This document shows positions 1 through 9,606 of a stretch of 64,000 nucleotides of DNA, in pieces. This DNA comes from Gemmatimonadota bacterium (GTDB taxonomy: Bacteria; Gemmatimonadota; Gemmatimonadetes; Longimicrobiales; RSA9): the NCBI GenBank assembly GCA_040882575.1, contig JBBEBA010000054.1, forward strand, positions 27,086 through 91,085, written 5' to 3'. The notes under the pieces are model-generated. The model saw nothing but the letters and a program-made list of their open reading frames with translations, ran no database searches and was not told the origin of the DNA. A program made the translations under genes and the position numbers. How positions within the stretch are numbered: the stretch's first letter is position 1; every line of letters starts with the position of its first letter.

Positions 1-1125
1 CCGCGCGGGCGGCTGCGCGAGCAGTGAGTCGACGGCTTCGGGTGCAACGCCCGCACGCGGCGGGTTCAGGACGACGAGATCGGCGGGCAATGCATCCGCG
101 AGCGCACCCTCCACGGTTGCAGTCACGAAATGAGCGGAGGGAGCGCCGCGTCTCGCCTCGCGCACGGCCTGCGGATCGAGCTCGATTCCCGTGACGCGCG
201 CGCCGCGGCGCGCGAGCCGGCGGGCGTGCAGGCCGACGCCGCAGTAGGCATCCACGACCGTGCTGCCGCTCACGTCGCCGGCCACAGCCATGACGTGCTC
301 CTCCAGCAGCGCAGCGGCGGCGCGGTTGACCTGCAGGAATATGGCACCGCCGAGCGACAGCTCCTCATCGCACCAGCTCTCGGCCAGGCGTTCCTGTCCG
401 GCGAGCAGCCGCGGCTCCAGTTCCGGCCGCGGCTGGTGCCATACGGCGTCCAGTGTCGGCACGCGCGGCAGCAGCTCGTCGGCATGTCCGGGCCCGAAAC
501 CGCCCTGGACGAGCAGCGCGGTGCGGCCCGCGGCGGTGCCGCGGAGCGTCAGTCGCAGTCGGTCTCCGGACGGCAGACGCGCGGCGTTTCGCCCCCACGC
601 GCGGCGCAGCGCGCCCCACGCTTCGGCGACGGGCGCTTCCGGCACCAGGCACGTCTCATCGATGTCGAGCACGCGGTCCGGCCGGCCAAGCTCGTGGAAC
701 CCGGCGAGAACGCGGCCATCCCGCAGGCGCGCCAGAGTGAACGACACCCGGTTGCGATACTGGAATTCCGTCGGTGACGCGACAACCTCGGGCGGTGCGA
801 CGTCGAGACCGCCGATGCGGGACAGCGCATCGGCCACGATGCGCGCCTTCGCCGCGAGCTGCGCGGGGTAGTGCAGGTGCTCGAGCGTGCAGCCGCCGCA
901 GCGGTCGTAGAAGCGACATGGCGCGTCCCGCCGCTCGGGTGCCGGACGAGAGATCGATACGAGCTCCGCGCGCGCCCAGCGCGCCTTGTGCTCCACGACC
1001 GTCGCACGCACCGTCTCGCCGGGCGCCGTGCGCTGCACGAACACGACCCGTCCGTCCGCATCACGGCCGACGCCGGCGCCGCCGGCGCCGATCGCCTCGA
1101 TCTCCAGCTCGATCGTTCGGCTCAC
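1..1125 (-). CDS. rlmD: 23S rRNA (uracil-C5)-methyltransferase, RlmD/TrmA family with TRAM domain; 3' end lies outside the window
   Basis: Not in the ORF track. Manual translation from GTG at 1125 gives MSRTIELEIEAIGAGGAGVGRDADGRVVFVQRTAPGETV...APCRFYDRCGGCTLEHLHYPAQLAAKA (TRAM domain plus Cx5CGGC Fe-S motif). GTGA overlap with the upstream gene. Confidence 0.85.
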   Translation of the reverse strand, partial: MSRTIELEIEAIGAGGAGVGRDADGRVVFVQRTAPGETVRATVVEHKARWARAELVSISRPAPERRDAPCRFYDRCGGCTLEHLHYPAQLAAKARIVADALSRIGGLDVAPPEVVASPTEFQYRNRVSFTLARLRDGRVLAGFHELGRPDRVLDIDETCLVPEAPVAEAWGALRRAWGRNAARLPSGDRLRLTLRGTAAGRTALLVQGGFGPGHADELLPRVPTLDAVWHQPRPELEPRLLAGQERLAESWCDEELSLGGAIFLQVNRAAAALLEEHVMAVAGDVSGSTVVDAYCGVGLHARRLARRGARVTGIELDPQAVREARRGAPSAHFVTATVEGALADALPADLVVLNPPRAGVAPEAVDSLLAQPPAR

Positions 1126-1490
1126 GTCTCTTCACCCAGGATGGTGGTCAACCTCGCTACGAGCGTCGCCGGGTCGAACGGCTTGTGCACGATACCGGCT
1201 GCACCCGCGCGCATCATTCGAGCCGTCTGCTCCGGCCGCACCGCGCCGGTCAGGAAGATCAGGGGCGGCCGGCGCGCGTCGAGCGGCTCGAGCAGCCGCA
1301 CCGCGGCCACAACGCCGTCCTCGTCGCCGAGCATCACATCCATCAGCACCAGATCCGGCACCGCATGAAGGATGCACGCGCGTGCTTCCTCGAAGCTCGC
1401 GGCCTCCCGGACCGAATGGCCCGCCGATCCGAGCACGAGCGCGGCGATCAGCCGGATCTCCGCGTCATCATCGACCAGCAACACGTCCAC
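1122..1490 (-). CDS. single-domain response regulator (receiver)
   Basis: VLLVDDD, DLVLMDVML, IFLTG and HKPFD receiver motifs. Confidence 0.9.
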   Translation of the reverse strand: MDVLLVDDDAEIRLIAALVLGSAGHSVREAASFEEARACILHAVPDLVLMDVMLGDEDGVVAAVRLLEPLDARRPPLIFLTGAVRPEQTARMMRAGAAGIVHKPFDPATLVARLTTILGEET

Positions 1491-1493
1491 GCG

Positions 1494-1757
1494 TCAGCCC
1501 TGCTCCCCCGCCACCCGGTGCAGAAGGGCGATGAGATCATCGATGCGCTGCAACAGCTCCGTGTCTCTGGCATCCTCCACAGCCGCTGCGGCAGCGGTTA
1601 CCTGCGGAAAGCCGTATGTACCGCCGGATCCGCGCAGCGAGTGCGCGATGCGGCGGGCGGTGTGTGCGAGCTCCGACGCGGGTGTGTCGCGCGCGGCCTC
1701 CAGGGCGGCTGCGTGCGCCGGCAGCGCCCGCCGGTAGATCGCCTTCAGCTCATCCAT
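1494..1757 (-). CDS. stand-alone Hpt domain protein
   Basis: IAHSLRGSGGTYG Hpt motif; 87 aa, helical. Confidence 0.85.
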   Translation of the reverse strand: MDELKAIYRRALPAHAAALEAARDTPASELAHTARRIAHSLRGSGGTYGFPQVTAAAAAVEDARDTELLQRIDDLIALLHRVAGEQG

Positions 1758-1760
1758 GGC

Positions 1761-2135
1761 TCAGCTGCGCCCCAGCAGGCGCGCAATCTCGTCGAGCAGG
1801 AGCTGCTCATCGACGATCGGCTTGGTGACATAGGCATCGAACCCGAGTCGCAGGAACCGTTCGCGGTCTCCCGCCATGGCGTGAGCTGTCAGCGCAATGA
1901 CCGGCAGCCGGCCGAGCACGGTATCTTCGCGAATCTGCTGCAGCACCTCCACACCGTCCATCACTGGCAGTGAAATGTCGAGCAGCACGAGCCCGGGCGG
2001 ATTGTGTCGCAGACCGGCCAGCGCATCCGGTCCGGTCTCGTACTCGTCGATCTCGTACAGATCTTCCAGTATGGCACAGGCTACAATGCGATTGTCGGCA
2101 TTGTCCTCCACCAGTGCGATCCTCGGCATGGTCAT
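1761..2135 (-). CDS. single-domain response regulator (DivK/CheY-like)
   Basis: LVEDN, LLDISLPVMDG, IALTAHAMAGDRE and YVTKPI motifs. Confidence 0.92.
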   Translation of the reverse strand: MTMPRIALVEDNADNRIVACAILEDLYEIDEYETGPDALAGLRHNPPGLVLLDISLPVMDGVEVLQQIREDTVLGRLPVIALTAHAMAGDRERFLRLGFDAYVTKPIVDEQLLLDEIARLLGRS

Positions 2136-2485
2136 GAGGTCTCCTCCAGGATGCGACGCAGCTCGGTCGTCGCACGCTGGTACTCAGCCAGGATGCGCGC
2201 TGCCGCGGCATGATCGATGGTGCCATCGTGCGCCTGCGCTTCCGTCAATGCACACTCCTGCTGCAGCAGTGTGGCGCCGAGGTAGCCGGCCGAAGACTTC
2301 AGTGTGTGCGCTGCGCGCTCGACGAGGCCCGCGTCGCCCAGCACCGCGCCGCGGCCGAGCGCGTCCAGCCGTTCTGCGCCGTGGGCCAGGAACGACTCGA
2401 TCAGACGGCGCACCAGCGTATCTCCGCCCAGCCGCCGCAGCCGGTCGAGCGCTGCTCCATCGAGCACAGACTGCTCAGTCATCAC
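2132..2485 (-). CDS. stand-alone Hpt domain protein
   Basis: LDRLRRLGG...AAHTLKSSAGYLGA Hpt motif. Confidence 0.9.
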   Translation of the reverse strand: MMTEQSVLDGAALDRLRRLGGDTLVRRLIESFLAHGAERLDALGRGAVLGDAGLVERAAHTLKSSAGYLGATLLQQECALTEAQAHDGTIDHAAAARILAEYQRATTELRRILEETS

Positions 2486-3969
2486 CAGCCCGTGTCGCGC
2501 CAGCGGCTCTGCCGGCCCGCGTCCGTGGGAGCGACACGCTGGGCAGCACGCCGCGCGCGCGTCTCGTCCTCCAGCAGGGCAGCGCTCACTGCCGCTGCAC
2601 GCAGCACCGCGTCAGGGAGCGGTGCCTTCAGCAGATCGGCATGGTCCTCCAGGTACCGGATCGTGACATTGCCGGCACGGAAATCCGGTTCGGCCATGAC
2701 GCGGCGGTGGAACGATGTGCTCGTCGCCACGCCGACAATGCGCAGCTCGGCGAGCGCACGAGCCATCCGTTCGAGCGCCGCCCGCCGGTCGGGCGCGTGC
2801 ACGATGAGCTTGCCGAGCAGCGGGTCGTAGAACAGCGAGACGTCGATGCCCTCCGCGATGCCGCCATCCCAGCGCACGCCGGGGCCGCCCGGTATCTCCA
2901 GCAGCGAGATGCGGCCGGTGGACGGCAGAAAGCCGTTGGCGGGATCCTCGCTCGTGATGCGACACTCGATCGCGTGACCGTGCGGCTCGACCGATGCCTG
3001 GTCGAAGTCCAGGGCTTCACCGCCCGCCACGCGCAGCTGCCATTGCACCAGGTCGATGCCCGTGACCAGCTCCGTCACGGGATGCTCGACCTGTATCCGG
3101 GTGTTCATCTCGAGAAAGAAGAATTTGCCGTCGTCGAACAGGAACTCGATGGTGCCTGCATTGCGGTAGCCGACTGCGCGCGCCGCTGCAACCGCCGTTT
3201 CGCCCATGAGCGCGCGAATGTCCGCCGCGATGGCCGGCGACGGGGCCTCCTCGATCATCTTCTGATGGCGGCGCTGCACCGAACAGTCGCGCTCCCCCAG
3301 GTGGACAATGCTGCCGTGGTGATCGGCCAGAACCTGGATCTCGATGTGACGCGGCCGCGCCAGGTACTTCTCGAGGTAGATGCTGCCGTCGCCGAACGCC
3401 GACCGCGCCTCCGCGGCCGCTGCCGCGAACGCGCGCTCGACCTCGGCTGCACCACTCACGACGCGCATGCCCTTGCCGCCGCCGCCCGCCGCAGCCTTGA
3501 GCAGCACCGGGTAGCCCAGTTCCGCCGCCGCTGCCCGGGCGGCGTCTGCGTCCGCGAGCGGCTCCGCGATGCCGGGCACGACGGGCACACCCGCAGCAAC
3601 CATGCGCCGCCGTGCTTCCGTCTTGTCGCCCATCGCCGCGATCGCTGCGGCCGGTGGGCCGACGAAGGTGAGACCCGCGTCCGACACCGCCCGCGCAAAG
3701 ACGGCGCGTTCGGCAAGAAAGCCATAGCCGGGATGAATGGCGTCGCAGCCTGCGCGCAGCGCCGTCCCGATCAGTGTCTCCACGCGCAGGTAGCTCTCCG
3801 CCGCGGCGGCGGGTCCGATGAGGTACGCCTCGTCGGCTTCGAGCACGTGCGGCGCGAGCCGGTCCGGCTCGGAGTACACGGCGACAGCGCAGATGTCCAG
3901 CTCGTGGCAGGCGCGCACGATCCGCAGCGCGATCTCGCCGCGATTCGCGACGAGTACCTTGCTCAGCAT
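2482..3969 (-). CDS. accC: acetyl/propionyl-CoA carboxylase, biotin carboxylase subunit
   Basis: Starts MLSKVLVANRGEIA; IHPGYGFLAE, GGGGKGMR, RDCSVQRRHQK and EMNTRIQVEHPVTE motifs; no C-terminal biotinyl domain. Confidence 0.92.
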   Translation of the reverse strand: MLSKVLVANRGEIALRIVRACHELDICAVAVYSEPDRLAPHVLEADEAYLIGPAAAAESYLRVETLIGTALRAGCDAIHPGYGFLAERAVFARAVSDAGLTFVGPPAAAIAAMGDKTEARRRMVAAGVPVVPGIAEPLADADAARAAAAELGYPVLLKAAAGGGGKGMRVVSGAAEVERAFAAAAAEARSAFGDGSIYLEKYLARPRHIEIQVLADHHGSIVHLGERDCSVQRRHQKMIEEAPSPAIAADIRALMGETAVAAARAVGYRNAGTIEFLFDDGKFFFLEMNTRIQVEHPVTELVTGIDLVQWQLRVAGGEALDFDQASVEPHGHAIECRITSEDPANGFLPSTGRISLLEIPGGPGVRWDGGIAEGIDVSLFYDPLLGKLIVHAPDRRAALERMARALAELRIVGVATSTSFHRRVMAEPDFRAGNVTIRYLEDHADLLKAPLPDAVLRAAAVSAALLEDETRARRAAQRVAPTDAGRQSRWRDTGW

Positions 3970-3982
3970 GGTGCGCGGTCGC

Positions 3983-5527
3983 TCACAGCGGGATGTTGCC
4001 GTGCTTGCGCGGCGGGTTGCTGTCGCGCTTGTTGCGGAGCATGTCGAGCGCACTGATGAGGCGCGGGCGCGTCTCTCGCGGATCGATGACGTCGTCGATG
4101 AAGCCGCGCGAGGCCGCGATGTAGGGGTGCGCGAACTTCTCGCGGTACTCAGCTTCCTTCTCCGCCGCCGCGGCTGCGGGATCGGCAGACTCGGCTATCT
4201 CTCTGCGGAACAGCACCTCGACGGCGCCTTTCGGCCCCATCACCGCGATCTCGGCCGTCGGCCAGGCGAGGTTGATGTCACCGCGTATGTGCTTGGAGTT
4301 CATGACATCGTACGCGCCGCCGTACGCCTTGCGCGTGATCACGGTCAGACGCGGCACGGTCGCCTCGCAGAACGCGTACAGCAGCTTGGCACCGTGCCGG
4401 ATGATGCCGCCGTGCTCCTGCGCGACGCCGGGCAGGAATCCGGGCACGTCCTCGAATACGACGAGCGGGATGTTGAACGAATCGCAGAAGCGCACGAAGC
4501 GAGCGGCCTTGACGGAGCTGTTGATGTCGAGGACGCCGGCGAGTACGGCTGGCTGATTGGCCACAATGCCGACAGAATGGCCGCCGAGGTGGGCAAAGCC
4601 GACAATGATGTTCGCGGCATAGTCGCGGTGGACCTCGTAGAACGCGCGATCGTCCACGACGCGGCGGATGACGTCGTTCATGTCGTATGGCTTCGACGGC
4701 TCGGCAGGCACGATGCCGAGCAGCTCCTCATCTGCGCGATCGGCCGGGTCGTCCGTCTCGACACGGGGCGCATCCTCGCGGTTGTTCTGCGGCAGGTAGC
4801 GGAGCAGCGCGCGGATCGACTCCAGGCATTCCATCTCGCTGTCGCACGCGAAGTGCGCCACGCCCGACGTCGAGGCATGGACATCCGCGCCGCCCAGCCC
4901 CTCCATGTCGACGGTCTCGTGCGTCACCGTCTTCACCACGTTGGGTCCTGTGACGAACATGTAGCTGGTGCCGCGAACCATGTAGACGAAGTCCGTGATG
5001 GCCGGGGAATAGACGGCACCGCCCGCGCACGGTCCGAGGATCGCACTGATCTGCGGCACGACCCCGCTCGCAAGCGTATTGCGCAGGAAGATGTCCGCGT
5101 AGCCGCCCAGGCTGACGACCCCCTCCTGGATGCGCGCGCCGCCCGAATCGTTTAGACCGATGACGGGGGCGCCGTTGCGGAGCGACAGCTCCATCACCTT
5201 CACGATCTTCTCCGCGTGCGCCTCCGAGAGAGATCCGCCGAAGATGGTGAAGTCCTGGCTGAACACGTACACCAGCCTGCCGTGCACCATGCCGTAGCCG
5301 GTTACGACGCCGTCACCGAGGTAGGTCTGGTCCTCCATCCCGGGCGTGCGGTGAGTCACGAAGCGGTCGAGCTCCGTGAAGCTGCCCGGATCGAGCAGCA
5401 GATCCAGCCGCTCCCGCGCGGACAGTTTGCCGCGCTCGTGCTGCCGCGCGACCCGTTCCGCGCCGCCCCCCTGCTCGGCCTGACGCCGCAGCTCCTCCAG
5501 CCGCTTCAGCTTGTCGGCGTTCGGCAT
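3983..5527 (-). CDS. pccB: propionyl/acyl-CoA carboxylase carboxyltransferase (beta) subunit
   Basis: [22 protein letters not shown] and RKAYGGAY motifs; C-terminal KHGNIPL. Confidence 0.93.
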   Translation of the reverse strand: MPNADKLKRLEELRRQAEQGGGAERVARQHERGKLSARERLDLLLDPGSFTELDRFVTHRTPGMEDQTYLGDGVVTGYGMVHGRLVYVFSQDFTIFGGSLSEAHAEKIVKVMELSLRNGAPVIGLNDSGGARIQEGVVSLGGYADIFLRNTLASGVVPQISAILGPCAGGAVYSPAITDFVYMVRGTSYMFVTGPNVVKTVTHETVDMEGLGGADVHASTSGVAHFACDSEMECLESIRALLRYLPQNNREDAPRVETDDPADRADEELLGIVPAEPSKPYDMNDVIRRVVDDRAFYEVHRDYAANIIVGFAHLGGHSVGIVANQPAVLAGVLDINSSVKAARFVRFCDSFNIPLVVFEDVPGFLPGVAQEHGGIIRHGAKLLYAFCEATVPRLTVITRKAYGGAYDVMNSKHIRGDINLAWPTAEIAVMGPKGAVEVLFRREIAESADPAAAAAEKEAEYREKFAHPYIAASRGFIDDVIDPRETRPRLISALDMLRNKRDSNPPRKHGNIPL

Positions 5528-5531
5528 CGCT

Positions 5532-6650
5532 TCACTGGACGGGGACCAGGCGACCCGCTTCGATGCGGACCAGGAACGGCTTGCGTGTCACTGCATCATC
5601 GCGGATCGTGAGCACGCCCGTGGCTCCGGGAAACGCCGCGTTCGCGGCCGCACCGCCCGCCGCGATCCGCGTGGCGAGCAGCACCGCGTCGTAGCCGAGC
5701 GCGGGGACCGGGTTCTGCAGCGACCGGCGGTAGCGCGCCTCATAGCTCTGGACGAACGACTGCCAGGCGAGCTCGCGGCTGTCGCGCAGCAGCGGCGTTG
5801 CAACGATGGCACCCTCCAGCACGCGCTGCGGCAGGCCGCGCGCGCCATCCGAGACCCAGGACTCGCCGCCCAGGAGCTGAACGTCTTCGAGGCCGTAGTA
5901 CTCGAACTGCGGCAGCACCACGATCAGCTCGCGGTTGCCGGCAGGAAAATAGAGGGCATCGATCCGCGCCTCCCTGAGCCGCGCCAGTTCATTGGCCAGG
6001 TTGGTGGCGCCCGTCTGGAACGACACCTCCGTCAGCTCGGTGCCACCACCCGCGCGCCAGGCATCGGCGAAAGCGCGCGCCTGGCGTGTGCCCTCAGGCG
6101 CGCGTGAATGCAGCACGCCGACGCGCGCGTAGCGCCGTGCATACTCCCCCAGGGAAACCGAACCGCGCGTATCCACCACGTTCAGCGCGTACACGTTGCC
6201 GACCGAGCCGATCTCGGCAACGGCCATCGGCGCGATCAGCGTGATGTCCTCGCTCGACCGCGCGCGCGCCGCCGCCGCGAGCGATTCGTCCGTGAGCGGG
6301 CCAATGATCACGTCCACACCCGCACTCTCGAGCTCACGCACGGCGCGTGCAGCACCGGCGGATGTACCGCCATCGTCCTGCACGACCAGCTCGATGCTGC
6401 GTCCGCCCGCACCCGCATCCGCGCCGATGCGGGCGCCGTCCAGCACCAGTTGCGCGTACTGCTGCAGGGTTGCGGACCCGCTCGTGCTGAGCACCATGCC
6501 GATACGAAGCGGCGCCTCGCGCGCAGGCTCATCATCCCGCCGCTCGGGCACCGCATCCTCCGGCACCGCGGGCACTTCCGCTACAGGTACCGTCGCGCAT
6601 GCGCCGCCGAGCAGCGACAGCGCCAGGAGCCAGCCGATTCTCGTGTTCAT
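5532..6650 (-). CDS. lipoprotein with type-1 periplasmic-binding fold (LpoA/LppC-like or ABC substrate-binding)
   Basis: Signal peptide with lipobox LGGAC; IIGPL and ALGYDA motifs. Confidence 0.65.
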   Translation of the reverse strand: MNTRIGWLLALSLLGGACATVPVAEVPAVPEDAVPERRDDEPAREAPLRIGMVLSTSGSATLQQYAQLVLDGARIGADAGAGGRSIELVVQDDGGTSAGAARAVRELESAGVDVIIGPLTDESLAAAARARSSEDITLIAPMAVAEIGSVGNVYALNVVDTRGSVSLGEYARRYARVGVLHSRAPEGTRQARAFADAWRAGGGTELTEVSFQTGATNLANELARLREARIDALYFPAGNRELIVVLPQFEYYGLEDVQLLGGESWVSDGARGLPQRVLEGAIVATPLLRDSRELAWQSFVQSYEARYRRSLQNPVPALGYDAVLLATRIAAGGAAANAAFPGATGVLTIRDDAVTRKPFLVRIEAGRLVPVQ

Positions 6651-6707
6651 CGATCCTCCACCAGGACGTTTGCTGCCCTGCAAGTATACCCCCGCCGACG
6701 CACCTGC

Positions 6708-6741
6708 AAAAGAACGGGGCCGCGCAGCAGCGCGACCCCGT
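6708..6741 (-). terminator. rho-independent terminator after rpsA
   Basis: Minus strand reads ACGGGGTCGCGC-TGCT-GCGCGGCCCCGT-TCTTTT. Confidence 0.8.
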
Positions 6742-6765
6742 CCGTTCGACTCACGACGGGAGCGA

Positions 6766-8679
6766 TCACGTCGTCGACGCTTCGCCCTCCGCCGGGCGCT
6801 CCGTCTGCCCTGCTGCCGCAGCGTCCGCGGCCGGGGCGGCCGCCGCCTGCGCAGGCGCTGCGGCCACAGCAGCAGCGCGCGGCGTTGCAGCAGTTTCAGA
6901 ATCGCTCTCTTCGGCTGCCGCGGCCGCGGCCTCGACCTCCTCCGGCGGCAGGTCCGGCTGCCGCTCGAGCGCAGTCGTCGGCGTCAGCCCGATACGGCGG
7001 TTCGCCGCATCGAACTCCGTGACCCGCACGCCGAGCTGCACACCGGCGCGTACGTAGTTCTCCACGCTCTCGCCGGCCGGCACCTCGATCGCGCTCCGCG
7101 GAACGAAACCTTCCACGTCGTCACCGAGGTCCACGACCACGCCGTCCTCCTGCAGCCGCACGATCGTACCCTGCTTCTCGACACCCTGCGGGTACACGGA
7201 CGCCAGGTCCTCCCACGGATCCTCCTGCGTCTGTTTCAGTCCGAGGGAGATCCGCTTGTTCTCCGGATCGACACCGAGCACGAGCACCTGAACGTCGTCG
7301 CCCTTGCGCAGGACCTCCGACGGGTGCTGCACCCGCTTCGTCCAGCTCATGTCGCTGATGTGGATCAGGCCGTCAATGCCAGGCTCGATCTCGACGAACG
7401 CACCGAACGACGTCAGGTTCCGCACCTTGCCCTCGACGCGCGTGCCGATCGGGTACTTCTCCGGCAGCGCGAGCCACGGGTCCTCCTCGATCTGCTTCAT
7501 GCCGAGCGAGATCTTTTCGTCATCTCGATCCACTTTCAGCACGACCGCCTCGATCTCGTCCCCTATCGTGACCAGCTTCGACGGGTGCTTCACGTTCCGC
7601 GTCCACGACATCTCGCTGATGTGAACCAGACCCTCGACGCCCTTCTCGAGCTCCACGAACGCGCCGTAGTTGGTGATCGAGACGACCTTGCCGCGCACAC
7701 GCACGCCGACCGGGTACTTCCGCTCGATGTCCTTCCACGGGTACGGCAGCAGCTGCTTCAGTCCGAGCGAGATGCGCTCGCGGTTCCAGTCGATGTCGAG
7801 CACCTTCACGTCCAGCTCGTCACCGATGCCGACGATCTCCGACGGGTGGCCCACCCGGCCCCAGCTCATGTCCGTGATGTGCAGCAGGCCGTCCAGCCCG
7901 CCGAGATCGATGAACGCGCCGAAGTCGGTCACGTTCTTGACCACGCCCTTGCGGACCTGCCCGACCAGCAGCTCCTTCACCAGCTGTTCGCGCTTGCCCT
8001 CGCGCTCCTCCTCGAGGATGACGCGTCGGCTCACCACAATGTTGCGGCGGCGCTTGTTCAGCTTGATGATCTTGAAGTCGAACGTCTGGCCAATCAGGTC
8101 CTCGATGTTCGGCACGCGGCGCAGCGCGATCTGCGAGCCGGGCAGGAACGCGTCCACACCCATCAGGTCCACGGTCACGCCACCCTTGATCTTGCGGGTC
8201 AGCATGCCCGGCACCTTCTCGTTCTCCTCGTGCGCAGTCTTGATCTTCTCCCACACGCGCAGGAAATCCGCTTTCTTCTTCGACAGCACGACGACGCCGT
8301 CGGCGTCTTCCAGATTCTCCAGGAAGACCTCGACTTCATCGCCGGGCTGCAGCAGCTCCGGGTTCTTGAACTCGTCCCGGGTGATCGCGCCTTCGCTCTT
8401 GAAGCCGACGTCGAGGATGACCGCGTTCTCGGTGACGCGCAGCACGCGCGCCTTCACGATCTCGCCTTCTTCGATGTTCGAAAGTGTTTCCTCGTACATG
8501 CCGAGCATCGCCTCGTATTCCTCGAGCGAATACTCGTCTTCCTCGAAGAACGGCGACTGCGACGCGAGCGAGTCCGACTGCTGAGGCTTCTTCCGCGTGC
8601 GCTTCGGCGCTACCGCTACGCCACTGCCCTGCGCGGACGCCGTGTCGACCTGCTCGTCAATGTTCTGATGGTCTGCCAT
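6766..8679 (-). CDS. rpsA: 30S ribosomal protein S1
   Basis: Repeated S1 domains (FGAFIDLGGLDGLLHITDMSW, YGAFVELEKGVEGLVHISEMSW); ATG at 8679 follows GGAGG. Confidence 0.96.
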   Translation of the reverse strand: MADHQNIDEQVDTASAQGSGVAVAPKRTRKKPQQSDSLASQSPFFEEDEYSLEEYEAMLGMYEETLSNIEEGEIVKARVLRVTENAVILDVGFKSEGAITRDEFKNPELLQPGDEVEVFLENLEDADGVVVLSKKKADFLRVWEKIKTAHEENEKVPGMLTRKIKGGVTVDLMGVDAFLPGSQIALRRVPNIEDLIGQTFDFKIIKLNKRRRNIVVSRRVILEEEREGKREQLVKELLVGQVRKGVVKNVTDFGAFIDLGGLDGLLHITDMSWGRVGHPSEIVGIGDELDVKVLDIDWNRERISLGLKQLLPYPWKDIERKYPVGVRVRGKVVSITNYGAFVELEKGVEGLVHISEMSWTRNVKHPSKLVTIGDEIEAVVLKVDRDDEKISLGMKQIEEDPWLALPEKYPIGTRVEGKVRNLTSFGAFVEIEPGIDGLIHISDMSWTKRVQHPSEVLRKGDDVQVLVLGVDPENKRISLGLKQTQEDPWEDLASVYPQGVEKQGTIVRLQEDGVVVDLGDDVEGFVPRSAIEVPAGESVENYVRAGVQLGVRVTEFDAANRRIGLTPTTALERQPDLPPEEVEAAAAAAEESDSETAATPRAAAVAAAPAQAAAAPAADAAAAGQTERPAEGEASTT

Positions 8680-8804
8680 GATGGATGGACCTCCAACTGC
8701 TGCGCGCGTGCCGCGGGGGGCGGCTGCACGGTTGAAATGAAAGCGTACGGGGCGGCGTTTTCGCCGAACCCGGCCGGTCGGGTTCCGGGCCGGCACAGTT
8801 TTGC

Positions 8805-8833
8805 AAAATACCGGTGATGGGTGAGCGAGTCAA
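8805..8833 (-). promoter_or_regulatory. sigma70-type promoter of rpsA
   Basis: TTGACT-N17-TATTTT on the minus strand. Confidence 0.65.
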
Positions 8834-8835
8834 CG

Positions 8836-8918
8836 TGGCGGGAACTGCGGGACGGCGGGCACGGCGGGGAGCGGGAAACGGTGGCGGGACTGCGGGAACT
8901 GCGGGACGGCGGGTACGG
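8836..8918. repeat. degenerate ~9-nt tandem repeat (GCGGGAAC/GCGGGAC units), solo arm of a dispersed repeat
   Basis: 8850-8905 matches the reverse complement of 58162-58217 at 54/56 nt. Confidence 0.85.
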
Positions 8919-8934
8919 CAAGTGCTGCGGGCGG

Positions 8935-9606
8935 TTACTGTGGGTGGGATCGGGTGCGGGCGAGGTGGACTATGGCGGCGACCTGGTCGTCGAAGGTGAG
9001 GTGGGTGGTATCGAGGTGAACGGCGTCGGGGGCGGGTCTGAGGGGTGCGATCTCGCGCTGGCTGTCGGCGATGTCGCGATCGCGGATGCGGCGGGCTTCT
9101 TCAGCGACGGCTTCCCCGGTGACGGGCAGGTGCATCTGGCGGAGACGGCGCTCCGCGCGGGTGGCCGGCTCTGCGACGAGGAAGATCTTCAGTTCTGCTG
9201 CGGGGAACACGACGGTGCCGATGTCGCGGCCGTCGGCGACGAGGTCGGCGAGGGTTGCCGCGTGTCGCAACCTGGCGAGCAGCCATTCGCGTACAGCGGG
9301 AACCCGAGCCATGGTGGAAACGTTTGCCGTGACCTGGGGGGTTCGGATCTCTGCGGAGACGTCCCGGCCGCGCACGCGCAGGAGGAAGCCCGAGCCGGCA
9401 GGAACGGCATCGACGCCGAAGGCGTCGAGTGCGGCCGAGTCCAGACGCGGCCAGTCGGCAACGGGGACCTTCCGGTGCATGGCAGCCCAGGTGAGGGCGC
9501 GGTAGAACGCGCCCGAGTCGAGATGCCGGAAGCCGAGGGCCTCCGCGACGGCGCGCGCGGTGCTGCTCTTGCCCGAGCCAGCGGGCCCGTCGATGGCGAC
9601 GATCAT
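8935..9606 (-). CDS. cmk: cytidylate kinase
   Basis: AIDGPAGSGKSS, LDSGAFYRA and DGRDIGTVVFP motifs. Confidence 0.95.
   Translation of the reverse strand: MIVAIDGPAGSGKSSTARAVAEALGFRHLDSGAFYRALTWAAMHRKVPVADWPRLDSAALDAFGVDAVPAGSGFLLRVRGRDVSAEIRTPQVTANVSTMARVPAVREWLLARLRHAATLADLVADGRDIGTVVFPAAELKIFLVAEPATRAERRLRQMHLPVTGEAVAEEARRIRDRDIADSQREIAPLRPAPDAVHLDTTHLTFDDQVAAIVHLARTRSHPQ

Noticed and set aside
1897-8817. Long plus-strand ORFs (e.g. 1897-4056, 6196-8817), and similar ones at 14953-17151, 17850-19994, 46092-48482, 53307-55079 and 56044-57501
   Set aside because: They are antisense shadows of well-conserved minus-strand genes. They lack recognisable motifs and are expected from high-GC codon bias.
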